Source: Candidatus Bathyarchaeota archaeon
Lineage (GTDB): Archaea; Thermoproteota; Bathyarchaeia; 40CM-2-53-6
DNA: 64,000 bases
Assembly (NCBI GenBank): GCA_963726255.1
Contig: CAVSBL010000002.1
Location: 1,504,001 to 1,568,000 of the forward strand
Direction of reading: 5' to 3'
Shown: positions 38,524 to 47,677 of the stretch, one piece after another
Layout: each line of letters begins with the position of its first letter
Position numbering within the stretch: position 1 is the first letter of the stretch
The notes under the pieces: model-generated
What the model saw: only the letters and a program-made list of their open reading frames with translations
Database searches by the model: none
Told to the model about the DNA's origin: nothing
Translations under genes and position numbers: made by a program

Positions 38524-38620
38524 TCAGGACACTGACTTCCAGACGAAGCCAAGCTGGTCAGCGTAGGTGCGCGCCTCTCTTATCTCCTGCGTGCGAGCGA
38601 TGGTACCTTATACTTTCTCA
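38524..38620 (-). pseudogene. Possible 3' remnant of a PflX-like radical SAM gene
   Basis: Minus frame IARTQEIREARTYADQLGFVWKSVS* resembles archaeal PflX-like C-termini from memory; in-frame stop upstream. Confidence 0.3.
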
Positions 38621-38660
38621 GAGCAGCATCTCAGTGGGGACGCAAGATTCCCAATCAACC

Positions 38661-38736
38661 GGAACGCGATTAATGTTGAGGGCCGTCGGCTCGAAGGATG
38701 ATGCCTGTTACAAGACCCCAGGTGTCGAAACTGCCA
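38661..38736. repeat. ~80 bp diverged direct repeat, copy 1 (minus-strand 29-aa ORF 38759-38670)
   Basis: Aligns with 45397-45476; peptide MLSFQLSGGSFDTWGLVTGIILRADGPQH*. Confidence 0.75.
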
Positions 38737-38821
38737 CCGCTCAATTGAAATGATAGCATAAAGCTTCTTACTGTGCATACCACAGAGTGAAAAGTCGAGC
38801 AAATCTCGAAACCGTTGGTAT

Positions 38822-40339
38822 TTGCATATGAAAAAATCGGGAAAACAAAGCCGCCTCATGTATATTGACGGCGAATGGCTGCCTTCTTCTTCTGATGAAT
38901 GGGTGGACGTACATGACCCGTCCACGGGAAAAGTGATCGATAAGGTTCCTTCTGCAGCAGACGACGATGTAGGCAAGGCCATAGACGCCGCTAAGGACGC
39001 ATTCGATAGAGGAATCTGGAGCAAGATCACCCCAGGCGACAGAGCAAACGCGTTACTAAGAATCGCGTCTATGCTGGAACAAAATATCGGCCATTTCGCT
39101 GAACTCGAGACACTAAATAACGGTAAGTCGATCAGGCAATCAACAACCTACGACTTGCCATATTCGGTCGATAACATACGGTACATCGCCGGCGCGGCGC
39201 GCATTTTGAATGGAGATGCGATGGCAGAATATGTGCCTGAGGGTACGAGCGGCATTCGAAGAGAACCAATCGGCGTCGTCGGAGTAATCACCCCGTGGAA
39301 CTATCCGCTAATGATGGCTGTTTGGAGAGCCTTCCCGGCATTGGCGACGGGTAACACTGTAGTAATCAAGCCGGCAAGTTACACGCCGCTCACAACGATC
39401 GAGCTGGGCAAACTTGTTCAGAAGGCGGAAGTTCCAAAAGGAGTTTTCAACATTGTCACGGGCCCCGGAGGAAGAGTCGGGGAACAATTAGCACGGCACA
39501 AGGATATCGATATGATTGCTTTCACGGGCAGCACCGAGGTCGGCAGGCGATTAGGGGAACTTGGGGCAAATACCGTCAAAAAAGTCTCTCTAGAACTCGG
39601 GGGCAAAGCTCCATTCATAGTTCTGGAAGACGCTGACCTTGACGCTGCTACGGAAGGCGCAGTCGTCGGCGGCATAATAAACAATGGCCAGGACTGCGCA
39701 AATTCGACAAGATACTACGTCCATGATTCAAAGCTGGAGGAATTCCAAACTCTGCTCGTTGAGAAGCTAAAGAAAGTACGCGTAGGGGACCCAAGCAACA
39801 TGGAAACGGACATGGGCCCATTAGTGTCCCAAGGCCAGCAAAAGCGCGTCAAGAAATATGTGGACGAAGGAATCGAACAAGGAGGGCGCCTACTCTTTGG
39901 CGGAAAGATTCCACAAGTTCCCGGGCACGAGAATGGTTACTTCTTGGAACCCACAGCTATTTACACAGAAAACCACGACTCTTCCATAGTTCAGGAAGAA
40001 ATCTTTGGGCCAGTCTTTACTGTACTCAAAACATCGGACCTAGATGATGCCATCAAGAAGAGCAATGAAGTGATCTATGGACTCGGCGCGTCCGTCTGGA
40101 CAAAGGACGTTACACGGGCCATGAGGGCGGTTCGAGATCTAAGGTTCGGCACAGTCTGGGTCAATGACCATATCCCGGTACCCTCCGAAATGCCATGGGC
40201 TGGCTACAAGCAAAGCGGACATGGGGCCTCACTGTCGCGATACAGCCTAGAGGAATGCACATACATCAAGCACGTCTACTTCGACCTAACTGGCGCCGTC
40301 AGAAAATCTTGGTACCATCAAATATACGGCAAGAAATGA
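38822..40339 (+). CDS. Aldehyde dehydrogenase (aminobutyraldehyde/betaine-aldehyde type)
   Basis: ITPWNYPL, AFTGSTEVG, LELGGKAP, NGQDC, EEIFGPV. Confidence 0.93.
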   Translation: MHMKKSGKQSRLMYIDGEWLPSSSDEWVDVHDPSTGKVIDKVPSAADDDVGKAIDAAKDAFDRGIWSKITPGDRANALLRIASMLEQNIGHFAELETLNNGKSIRQSTTYDLPYSVDNIRYIAGAARILNGDAMAEYVPEGTSGIRREPIGVVGVITPWNYPLMMAVWRAFPALATGNTVVIKPASYTPLTTIELGKLVQKAEVPKGVFNIVTGPGGRVGEQLARHKDIDMIAFTGSTEVGRRLGELGANTVKKVSLELGGKAPFIVLEDADLDAATEGAVVGGIINNGQDCANSTRYYVHDSKLEEFQTLLVEKLKKVRVGDPSNMETDMGPLVSQGQQKRVKKYVDEGIEQGGRLLFGGKIPQVPGHENGYFLEPTAIYTENHDSSIVQEEIFGPVFTVLKTSDLDDAIKKSNEVIYGLGASVWTKDVTRAMRAVRDLRFGTVWVNDHIPVPSEMPWAGYKQSGHGASLSRYSLEECTYIKHVYFDLTGAVRKSWYHQIYGKK

Positions 40340-41024
40340 AAGAGCAGTATTCCCGTCCTATCGAATGCTGCGTACGGTAAGTGTGATTTCTACGATACGC
40401 CACGGCGGTGTAGTAGATTACTAGGCCTACCCGTATATGCCCACGAAGCCTGTTGCTTGAAGGCCCATTGTGGCATACGAAGGATTTCGCCATTCTCGTG
40501 AAGAGGCTTTCGAAATCCTCGGGGGCGTTAGGAGAAAGGATCGTGTAAATCACGAAGTATCTTGAGGAATCCTGACAGTGAATGTGAACTGAGTATGTGA
40601 GACGTTTCGTGGCCTTTGTCTTAGAGAAGAACAACCCTCCGAGCGACAACTCGTCAAACCTAACTTGATTGTAGGCTGCTTTATGAGAGTTGACGTCTAG
40701 CGAGCTATCTACTAATCTCTCCACTTTTCCGACTGTTCGACTTTTCGTCATAGCCTTGATGCTGTGGTCAGCCTGTTCCTTGACTGTCTGGAAGTTATTT
40801 TGCACCGTCGCAAGGTCACCCCATGAAAGGAAGAGCTTCTCCCTATCGGGGAAGTGTATGACTATGTCTCCTTTATCGCGTCTGCTCTTCGGGTTGAATT
40901 CGAAGCGGCAGACTGGCGGATATTCTATAGAGAATCCGTATACACTGAACCGCTCTAGTTCGGCGCTTTCCAACAAAACAACTCTCTTGCTATGCGAGGT
41001 CATGCGAAACACTTGATTTAACAT
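40299..41024 (-). CDS. Hypothetical protein, possibly PsbP/Mog1-like fold
   Basis: FSVYGFSIEYP..LFLSW..VNSHKAAY..C..SSRYFVIY. Confidence 0.6.
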   Translation of the reverse strand: MLNQVFRMTSHSKRVVLLESAELERFSVYGFSIEYPPVCRFEFNPKSRRDKGDIVIHFPDREKLFLSWGDLATVQNNFQTVKEQADHSIKAMTKSRTVGKVERLVDSSLDVNSHKAAYNQVRFDELSLGGLFFSKTKATKRLTYSVHIHCQDSSRYFVIYTILSPNAPEDFESLFTRMAKSFVCHNGPSSNRLRGHIRVGLVIYYTAVAYRRNHTYRTQHSIGREYCSFISCRIFDGTKIF

Positions 41025-41144
41025 TTCTTCAGGAGAAAAGAATGGTCACCTATAATGACAGTTCCGGTTATCTCAAAATTCCCGCATTACTCATAAGCGA
41101 GCACTACGGATTAGGCACCTCAAACACTGGAGGAAACATGAATT

Positions 41145-41588
41145 TTGATTCAGTTCCCAAAATTGACACTCGAGGATGCACGGGTCGGGATTGAAGCGGC
41201 GAAGAAGAAAGCCACCGAAATCAATGTCCCCATGGACATTGCTGTTGTTGACGAAGCGGGAAACATTCTCGCCTTCGAGCGCATGGACGGCGGATTGGTG
41301 GGAAGTATTCAGATAGCAATCGACAAGGCGTATACTGCTTCAGTGCTAAGGCTACCCACTGGAGAAGAAGGAAAAATCGCACAGCCAGGCGGGCCTGATT
41401 TTGGCATCAACTCAACTTGCGGCGGGCGTATCGTGATCTTCGCTGGTGGGGTACCCGTAAAACTCGACAAGCTCGTTCTTGGAGCAGTAGGCTGTAGTTC
41501 GGGAACAGTCGAAGAAGACACATCGGTGGCAGAAGCAGGGGCATCAGCCATAGAAGCCTGTTTGAAAGCACAGGTCGAACAAATGTGA
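41145..41588 (+). CDS. GlcG/HbpS heme-binding family protein
   Basis: IAVVDEAG..AFERMDG..AIDKAYTA..FAGGVP..GAVG.SSG..EED. Confidence 0.92.
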   Translation: MIQFPKLTLEDARVGIEAAKKKATEINVPMDIAVVDEAGNILAFERMDGGLVGSIQIAIDKAYTASVLRLPTGEEGKIAQPGGPDFGINSTCGGRIVIFAGGVPVKLDKLVLGAVGCSSGTVEEDTSVAEAGASAIEACLKAQVEQM

Positions 41589-41594
41589 ATGCTT

Positions 41595-42524
41595 CTACCC
41601 TGAGGTAAGCATCTTCGTCTTGACCTTGCCTTTTGCAATATCGACAATTGCTCCGCGAAGCACACCCTGCGCGTACTCGCTGCCTGGATTAATGCAGATC
41701 GTTCTTCCAATCTCGATTATGCCTTTCGATTCATGTATGTGCCCGTGAACTGACAGCAGCGGCTGGTACTTCTTGATGACGTCCAGCACCGCCTTGCTAC
41801 CAGCATGAATCTCATCTGTTGCTGATGGGGTCATGTCTTCCGATAGCTTTGGGCATACGTCGAGGGTTGTGTCAATCGGTGGATCATGCATCATGAATAT
41901 GCTGTTCTCGAAGTCTCGCACTTGACTCGTTAGGGACTGAATCCTATTCGCTAGCTCCTCTTCTTCACATTCGCGCGGTGTCTTCCAAGGGCTAGGGCCA
42001 CTATACGTGCAGCATATAATCTCATATTCATCCACTTCGAATTTCTTATCGCCAACGTTTATGAATCGTGTAGACTTGTTGAGCGTGTCCTCGATTTCAA
42101 GGGGGTCATCGTTTCCTGCGGCGATGAAGAGTTTGGCTTTGCTTTTCGTGAGCCGTTCTTCGGCGAGTTTGGACCAGGATTCCATGCGTTCTGTGAAAAA
42201 TTTCAGGAAAAGAGCATCCATTAGTTCCGGATTTGATTGAATTTTCGCAATCTCTTCCACTGTGCTCCGGTAGGGATAGTAACCTACAGCGCCGACTTTC
42301 TTTTCCAACTGAGCGAGTTCAGCTTCATTCTTAATGACGGTCTTTCGACCTAAGAAATCCGTGCTGTATGTCCCATCAGGGCTCTGGACTATGGGGACGA
42401 TTACTTTTCCCCTCAAGTCTCCAAGAAGCATAGCGACATCTGCCCCGTACACGTCTATGGCATTTAGGAATTTTCGGAAGCACGTTTCAGAACTATGAAC
42501 ATCGGCAGCGAAGAAAAACCTCAT
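41595..42524 (-). CDS. Calcineurin-like metallophosphoesterase
   Basis: ADVH, GDL, GNDD, HDPP, HGHIHE, INPGSEY. Confidence 0.9.
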   Translation of the reverse strand: MRFFFAADVHSSETCFRKFLNAIDVYGADVAMLLGDLRGKVIVPIVQSPDGTYSTDFLGRKTVIKNEAELAQLEKKVGAVGYYPYRSTVEEIAKIQSNPELMDALFLKFFTERMESWSKLAEERLTKSKAKLFIAAGNDDPLEIEDTLNKSTRFINVGDKKFEVDEYEIICCTYSGPSPWKTPRECEEEELANRIQSLTSQVRDFENSIFMMHDPPIDTTLDVCPKLSEDMTPSATDEIHAGSKAVLDVIKKYQPLLSVHGHIHESKGIIEIGRTICINPGSEYAQGVLRGAIVDIAKGKVKTKMLTSG

Positions 42525-42548
42525 TCAACGGACCCTCCAATCTTCTCC

Positions 42549-43361
42549 TTATGTCATCGCGGCTGTCTCTTCGACATCCGTGTACCATTTTCTCTTTGTG
42601 CCAATTTTTGCCCTAAGTTTCCATGACATTGTCTTTTCCTGACCGTCGATCACTTTCAGGAGTGTGTCTACTTTATCTGAAACATCGCTTCGGTCTTCTG
42701 AGCCAAGCTGGGGATACTTTTCGAGAAATTCTTGTACTTTCTTCAGGTTCGAAGTGACGGTGTAGTAGAACCCCCAGTCATCGGCGAGCACGTTCGCGAC
42801 ATGTCGCCCATCGATCGTCTCTGGAGTGGAATCACCGACCGCATGCTCGCGTAGGAGCATAATGGTATCGATGACATCTTTCTCATTGATCTGGACTATC
42901 TGCATTTTTTCTAGAAGCATATCTGCCAGCGGAATGGTATATTCTTCCAGTTCGAGTCGATTGGTGAATAGGATTTCGTGGTTCATGGCAAGTTTGTCGA
43001 AGAAGACGTCCACATGAAGGCCGTTAGTCTTGCTGTCCCAAATCATGCGCGTATGGCCGAACAGCCCTGTGAAGAGCGGATTATCCTCGTAACCCAATTC
43101 TCTCATAAGGTTGTCAACCGGTACTTTCTCTCGACCGTAAGCAGCGAGGTCAAGATCGGTCAGTACTCTGCCAAGTTTCAGGGCGAGAAAATTGTATTTT
43201 GGGCAATGTGCCTGGAACGCTATCGCACCAAGCAAGCGAAGATGTAGGTTCCGCGTATTCCCCTCTGTAACGATTCGCTGCGCTTCTGACATCATCTGTG
43301 TGAGCTGAACGGTCTTCTTCTGGACATTTTCCAAATGATCTGCCTTCGTCAACCAGCGCAA
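42549..43361 (-). CDS. Putative nucleotidyltransferase (Pol-beta fold, AbiEii-like helical tail)
   Basis: LLGAIA..TDLD..VDVF, and C-terminal LLEKMQ..NEKDVID..LL. Confidence 0.7.
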   Translation of the reverse strand: MRWLTKADHLENVQKKTVQLTQMMSEAQRIVTEGNTRNLHLRLLGAIAFQAHCPKYNFLALKLGRVLTDLDLAAYGREKVPVDNLMRELGYEDNPLFTGLFGHTRMIWDSKTNGLHVDVFFDKLAMNHEILFTNRLELEEYTIPLADMLLEKMQIVQINEKDVIDTIMLLREHAVGDSTPETIDGRHVANVLADDWGFYYTVTSNLKKVQEFLEKYPQLGSEDRSDVSDKVDTLLKVIDGQEKTMSWKLRAKIGTKRKWYTDVEETAAMT

Positions 43362-43452
43362 TCCCCGTCGTAATTAAGATATATCTTCACTCGCCACTGC
43401 TGTAAGGTGGAGGTAAGCGCGTACGCAGACGCGCCTACCTGAAGTTGACTTT

Positions 43453-45057
43453 CTATTCTGGCGGAAGCTCCTTGAAAGCGAGGCTTATGTCTATGCCTTC
43501 CTTCGCAGCCTTTGCCTTGAAGGCGTAGTACCAGATTACCATGAAGATAGTTACACCGATTAGCATTGGCACCCAGATTTGCCACGCGCCGTAAAGCGCG
43601 GGTGCAGTGAGGTAGAAGTAGCCTCCCACCCAGAAGTAGCCCAGCGAAATTATCCCGGCGATCGTTGCCAAGGGAATTGGGCCGATCTTCCAGTTGTGTG
43701 GGGAAGCATTCCAGATGTGCCGCGCCTTCTTGACGAACGGAAATGCGATTGCGCAGAGGGCAGCGATCGTGAACGTTGTAATGTATTGAACGACCGTGTT
43801 GGCGGACCCGCCTATCCATGAGCCGAGTACAGGATTGAGCAAGTATCCGACTACGCCCAATTCGGCAACGATAAACACGAATATGCAGTTCTTTAGCAGC
43901 GTGTGAGTTCGTGGGTTCACGTCGGTGAACCACTTGGGGCCTAGGCGGTCCATTCCGAAACCCATCAGATACCTGGGGGCGGCCACGAACTGAAGGGGCA
44001 TCCAGATCAGGTTGGAGAGTAGAACGCTTGAGCCCATGACGATTAGCAGGAGCTTGTTAGTTGTGAATATGCCCGATAGAGTCACGAAGTCAGGAGTGAA
44101 GGGCATGTTATACCCTGACAAGCCAGCCTGTTCGACGTATGCAGAGGCCACTGTAAAGTCCCTTCCAATAATGCCTTGCAGCAGAAAACCTACCAACATC
44201 ATTAGTAACCCTGGGATGACAACAGCAGAAGTCTGAGCGACTATGAGGTTTCGTTCGGGTCGCTTCACTTCTCCGCTGATGAAGACAGTGACGTATGCGT
44301 ATTCGGCCCACCACCCATACACGCTGGTGGCCAGCCCAATAGTTGAGACCCAGTCAACACCTGAGCCTACTGGGTATCCCTGAGCCTTGACGGCGTCAAT
44401 CAGCCCTTGGTAATCGTACGAGCCATATTGCTTAGCTAACACGTTCCACGTATTCACAAAATCCTGATGCGAATGCGAGAGCCCAAAGAACATCACGACA
44501 GAGAACGTGACTACCGCGAGTATCATTAGGACTCTTTGTTGCAGGGCAAAGTAACGTAGGCGCATGAGTGCGCCGAAAACAAATCCGTAGAAGATAGCTA
44601 ACGTCGTAATGATTAAGGTAAGGTCAGGCTGAGTAACTCTCGCGACTAGGCTGGCTGAGCCTAGCATGCCAAATATAGTCGTCAAACCGGGTTTCACATA
44701 CAACGGAGAGAGTGTCCACAGCCAAGCAATGATGACAAAGACACCGCTGATAGCTGCGTTAACCACGCCAATTAGCGGGTGCAGAATTCTGGAGGCGTAT
44801 ACATAGTCACCTGCACTCCTCGGCATCGAACCACCAAGAATACCCCATACCAAGCCCTGCCCGAGCGTACACCACACCATTGCGATGAACGCGGCCCAGA
44901 CCAAGTCGGCTCTCGGAAAGAGGAAAAGGCCGAAGCTTGAGCCGAGCCAGAAGTTGAAGGTGAGCCCCTGGTTCATGAAACCTGTGGCGAAAGCATCCAG
45001 AAGACCCGCTTCTTTCACAAGTCCGCTAGATCTTCTTGCGAATAGCTGGGTAGCCAA
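43453..45057 (-). CDS. APC-family permease (archaeal type)
   Basis: FARRSSGLVKE, SMPRSAGDYVYASRILHP, ISGEVKRP, about 12 TMs, FKELPPE. Confidence 0.9.
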   Translation of the reverse strand: MATQLFARRSSGLVKEAGLLDAFATGFMNQGLTFNFWLGSSFGLFLFPRADLVWAAFIAMVWCTLGQGLVWGILGGSMPRSAGDYVYASRILHPLIGVVNAAISGVFVIIAWLWTLSPLYVKPGLTTIFGMLGSASLVARVTQPDLTLIITTLAIFYGFVFGALMRLRYFALQQRVLMILAVVTFSVVMFFGLSHSHQDFVNTWNVLAKQYGSYDYQGLIDAVKAQGYPVGSGVDWVSTIGLATSVYGWWAEYAYVTVFISGEVKRPERNLIVAQTSAVVIPGLLMMLVGFLLQGIIGRDFTVASAYVEQAGLSGYNMPFTPDFVTLSGIFTTNKLLLIVMGSSVLLSNLIWMPLQFVAAPRYLMGFGMDRLGPKWFTDVNPRTHTLLKNCIFVFIVAELGVVGYLLNPVLGSWIGGSANTVVQYITTFTIAALCAIAFPFVKKARHIWNASPHNWKIGPIPLATIAGIISLGYFWVGGYFYLTAPALYGAWQIWVPMLIGVTIFMVIWYYAFKAKAAKEGIDISLAFKELPPE

Positions 45058-45396
45058 ATTAGACCGGAAATAGCTGCACTCTGTGCGAATATAAGCCTTG
45101 GCAATTAAACGGTCTCAAACCTGGAAAAAACCCGATAAGATATAAATAAATAGTAAGTAGATTCGAGATGAGGTGGGATCGAACTCACGATATCTCCTTC
45201 GAAGAAATCTTGACTGCGTAAGTACATCAGAACTCATAGTCATCAACCTACTTTCTCAGAACGACCAAGCGTCTCAGCAGGTGGGTCCGACCCCAGTCAT
45301 GCGCGGCTTCCTTCTTGCCGTAGCCAATCAAAGTATGATTTGAGCCAGTAATGAGACTAGAGTAAGACTCTCTACCGCCTCTCGGTTTGACCTGTA

Positions 45397-45476
45397 GGAA
45401 ACGCGATCAATATTGAGGGCCGTGGGCTCTGAGGAGAATGCTCCCCGTGACAAGGCTCCAGGTGGCGACGCTGCCA
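45397..45476. repeat. ~80 bp diverged direct repeat, copy 2 (minus-strand 26-aa ORF 45487-45407)
   Basis: Aligns with 38661-38736; peptide (M)VQVGSVATWSLVTGSILLRAHGPQY*. Confidence 0.75.
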
Positions 45477-45597
45477 ACTTGGACCAAGGCGAGAATCTTG
45501 GATTGATAAACTGCAAAGGTCAAAGCAAACCCCCCGCTTCTGTCGCCTCACTGCATTCGTCCTTCTAGCCCAAGGAGTTTCTCATGGCCGAACAAGA

Positions 45598-45828
45598 CTA
45601 TTCTAAGACGATTGTTGTAACGGTGGAACGGACGCCGGGAAGTCGCCGTATCTTCCATGTGATGATCTCTTTCAACCCATCCATCGAATCAGCTTCAACT
45701 TTTGCAATCATGTCGTAGATACCGTAAGTTCGGTGGCAGTCCTTCACATTCGGAAGCTTCCGAACTTCTTTGAGCACCTCCTCTTCCGAACCCGGCTCAA
45801 CGTTGACCAAAACATAGGAAACAGACAT
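45598..45828 (-). CDS. Stand-alone Lrp/AsnC ligand-binding (RAM) domain protein
   Basis: YVLVNVEPG..TYGIYDMIAKVEA..IRRLPGVRSTVT. Confidence 0.92.
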   Translation of the reverse strand: MSVSYVLVNVEPGSEEEVLKEVRKLPNVKDCHRTYGIYDMIAKVEADSMDGLKEIITWKIRRLPGVRSTVTTIVLE

Positions 45829-45899
45829 AACAGAACCTCATCAAGCACCTCCAAAGTACGGGTAAAAGCCTTCCCTATGAGTGAATTATAGACGGCACG

Positions 45900-46275
45900 T
45901 GATGTCCAGAATTGTTTCGCAACCTCGCTCCCGAAAAGTTTCAGTTCATCCAATTGTCGGTCGGGTTCGAAACTCATTATGAATAACTGAACTCCAGCGT
46001 CTCGGAACAATTCTAACTGTCGTCGAACATCCTCCGGATCACCGTAGACGACCATCTCTCGCAGCATATGTTCCGGAACGCCCTTGTATCTCGTCGCGAT
46101 TCGCTGTTCTAGCGCATGGGGAAAAGGTGACGATAGCGGCTTTGATTTCCTCTGCTCCGAGCTGTTTGTCTATGAGCGTCTTCAAGTTGACCCTCTCACC
46201 CTCAAAGATACCGCCAACCGTATCTTCAGAAGGAGCTCCGCCCAGTTTGATCGCTTTAAACATCATCATGCCTTG
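45900..46275 (-). pseudogene. Chimeric gene debris: DsrE-like fragment joined to the C-terminus of an LLM (luciferase-like) oxidoreductase
   Basis: VYGDPEDVRRQLELFRDAGV..LKLFGSEV (LLM C-terminus) with no N-terminus; upstream, in another frame, GMMMFK..IVTFSPCA. Confidence 0.55.
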
Positions 46276-46308
46276 CCTATGCTATCGGCTGGGCTAGCCT
46301 CTTAATCT

Positions 46309-46378
46309 TGTGTGTGCGCAGCATCAGAACCAAGCACAGAAGCAACGATTATTAGAATTACGATGCGCGCATACACAA
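46309..46378 (+). repeat. Dispersed intergenic repeat, copy E
   Basis: TGTGTGTGCGCAGCATCAGAACCAAGCACAGA..AATTACGATGCGCGCATACACA. Confidence 0.65.
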
Positions 46379-46454
46379 GGAATGTCAGTTCGGCATCAAT
46401 ATTATGGAGACTCATTAAACAAAATGCTCACTCTTCCTTTAGAGATGCATGTGA

Positions 46455-47579
46455 ATGAATTTCTACGTCACATTAACGACGAACTGCAATCTGAGATGCA
46501 AGTACTGTTATGAGAAATCCTGCGAGGATTTCGGAAGCGATTTCCATGGTCTCGCCATAGACTACTCAATTCCCTCTTCTGTAGCGTATGGAATTGACGT
46601 ATTGCGGAATTTTCTGGAACAAGATAATGATCCAGTTGTCATATTCTATGGAGGCGAGCCTCTCCTTCAGATGAAAAGGCTGAAAGAAACGATGGATGCT
46701 GTCCCGAACGCTCACTTCATCATCCAGACCAATGGTCTAATGCTAGATAGATTGGACTCAAACTATCTGAATAGGCTTGAATCGATTTTCGTCTCTCTCG
46801 ATGGTGACGAAGCGTTAACTGACTACTACCGGGGAAGAGGCACATACAGGAGGGTGGAGGATAATGTGAAGAGAGTTCGTGAACTTGGGTTTCGAGGCGA
46901 AATTGTCGCTAGGATGACAGTCGCTGAAGCGACTGAGATTGACACGCAGGTCTTGGCGTTGATCAACAGAGACACGCTGCCGATTTCGTCTGTCCATTGG
47001 CAGTTGGACGCATTGTTCTGGCAGAACGATTATCCGAAACGTCGATTCTTTGAGTGGGCTGGGCAAAGCTACAATCCACGGCTAAGAAAACTGATTTCTG
47101 CTTGGGTCGAACACATGAGAAATGCTGGAGAGGTGTGGCGTCTGTACCCATTCGTTGGGGTCATGCATTCAATGCTTAACGGTGAGTCAAGTCCTCTTCG
47201 ATGCGGAGCCGGATGGTGCGTATTCAACATACAAACCGACGGCAACATTACCCCATGCCCGGTCATGGCGGGCATGAAGGACTTCTACCTAGGCCACATC
47301 AGTAACGCCTCCAGCAAAAGCCTGAAAGATACCGTGTTCGTATCTGAACCATGTACATCATGTAAGTTCATCACAATATGCGGTGGCCGTTGCCTCTACG
47401 CGAATGTTACTCGACTCTGGGGAAATGAAGGATTCAATCAGGTCTGTGGCACGGTCGTAAACATGATAGAAGCACTCTACGATGCGGTCCCACAGATCAA
47501 ATCACTAATAGAAACCGGTAGGGTTCAACTGAAAGACTTCGAGTACCCCAGATACAATGGTTGCGAAATAATTCCTTGA
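46455..47579 (+). CDS. Radical SAM/SPASM protein (AF0577/TIGR04084-like)
   Basis: CNLRCKYC, FYGGEPL, QTNG, RCGAG, TPCP, CTSC....CGGRC SPASM motif, YNGCEIIP. Confidence 0.88.
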   Translation: MNFYVTLTTNCNLRCKYCYEKSCEDFGSDFHGLAIDYSIPSSVAYGIDVLRNFLEQDNDPVVIFYGGEPLLQMKRLKETMDAVPNAHFIIQTNGLMLDRLDSNYLNRLESIFVSLDGDEALTDYYRGRGTYRRVEDNVKRVRELGFRGEIVARMTVAEATEIDTQVLALINRDTLPISSVHWQLDALFWQNDYPKRRFFEWAGQSYNPRLRKLISAWVEHMRNAGEVWRLYPFVGVMHSMLNGESSPLRCGAGWCVFNIQTDGNITPCPVMAGMKDFYLGHISNASSKSLKDTVFVSEPCTSCKFITICGGRCLYANVTRLWGNEGFNQVCGTVVNMIEALYDAVPQIKSLIETGRVQLKDFEYPRYNGCEIIP

Positions 47580-47615
47580 CGTGTTTGATTGTTTCCTTGG
47601 AACTCCCCGACAGTT

Positions 47616-47644
47616 TGTGTGTGTGCGCCAGCATTCCCGCACAA
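47616..47644 (+). repeat. Dispersed intergenic repeat, copy F (degenerate)
   Basis: TGTGTGTGTGCGCCAGCATTCCCGCACAA. Confidence 0.55.
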
Positions 47645-47677
47645 CCAGAAGTTGTCCGCGCAATTCCATAAGCCGCA

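Noticed and set aside
45165-45205. tRNA-like 3' fragment on the minus strand (GTGAGTTCGATCCCAC)
   Set aside because: Mismatched T-stem with a 6-nt loop and no D-arm or matching acceptor 5' strand; at best a decayed remnant.
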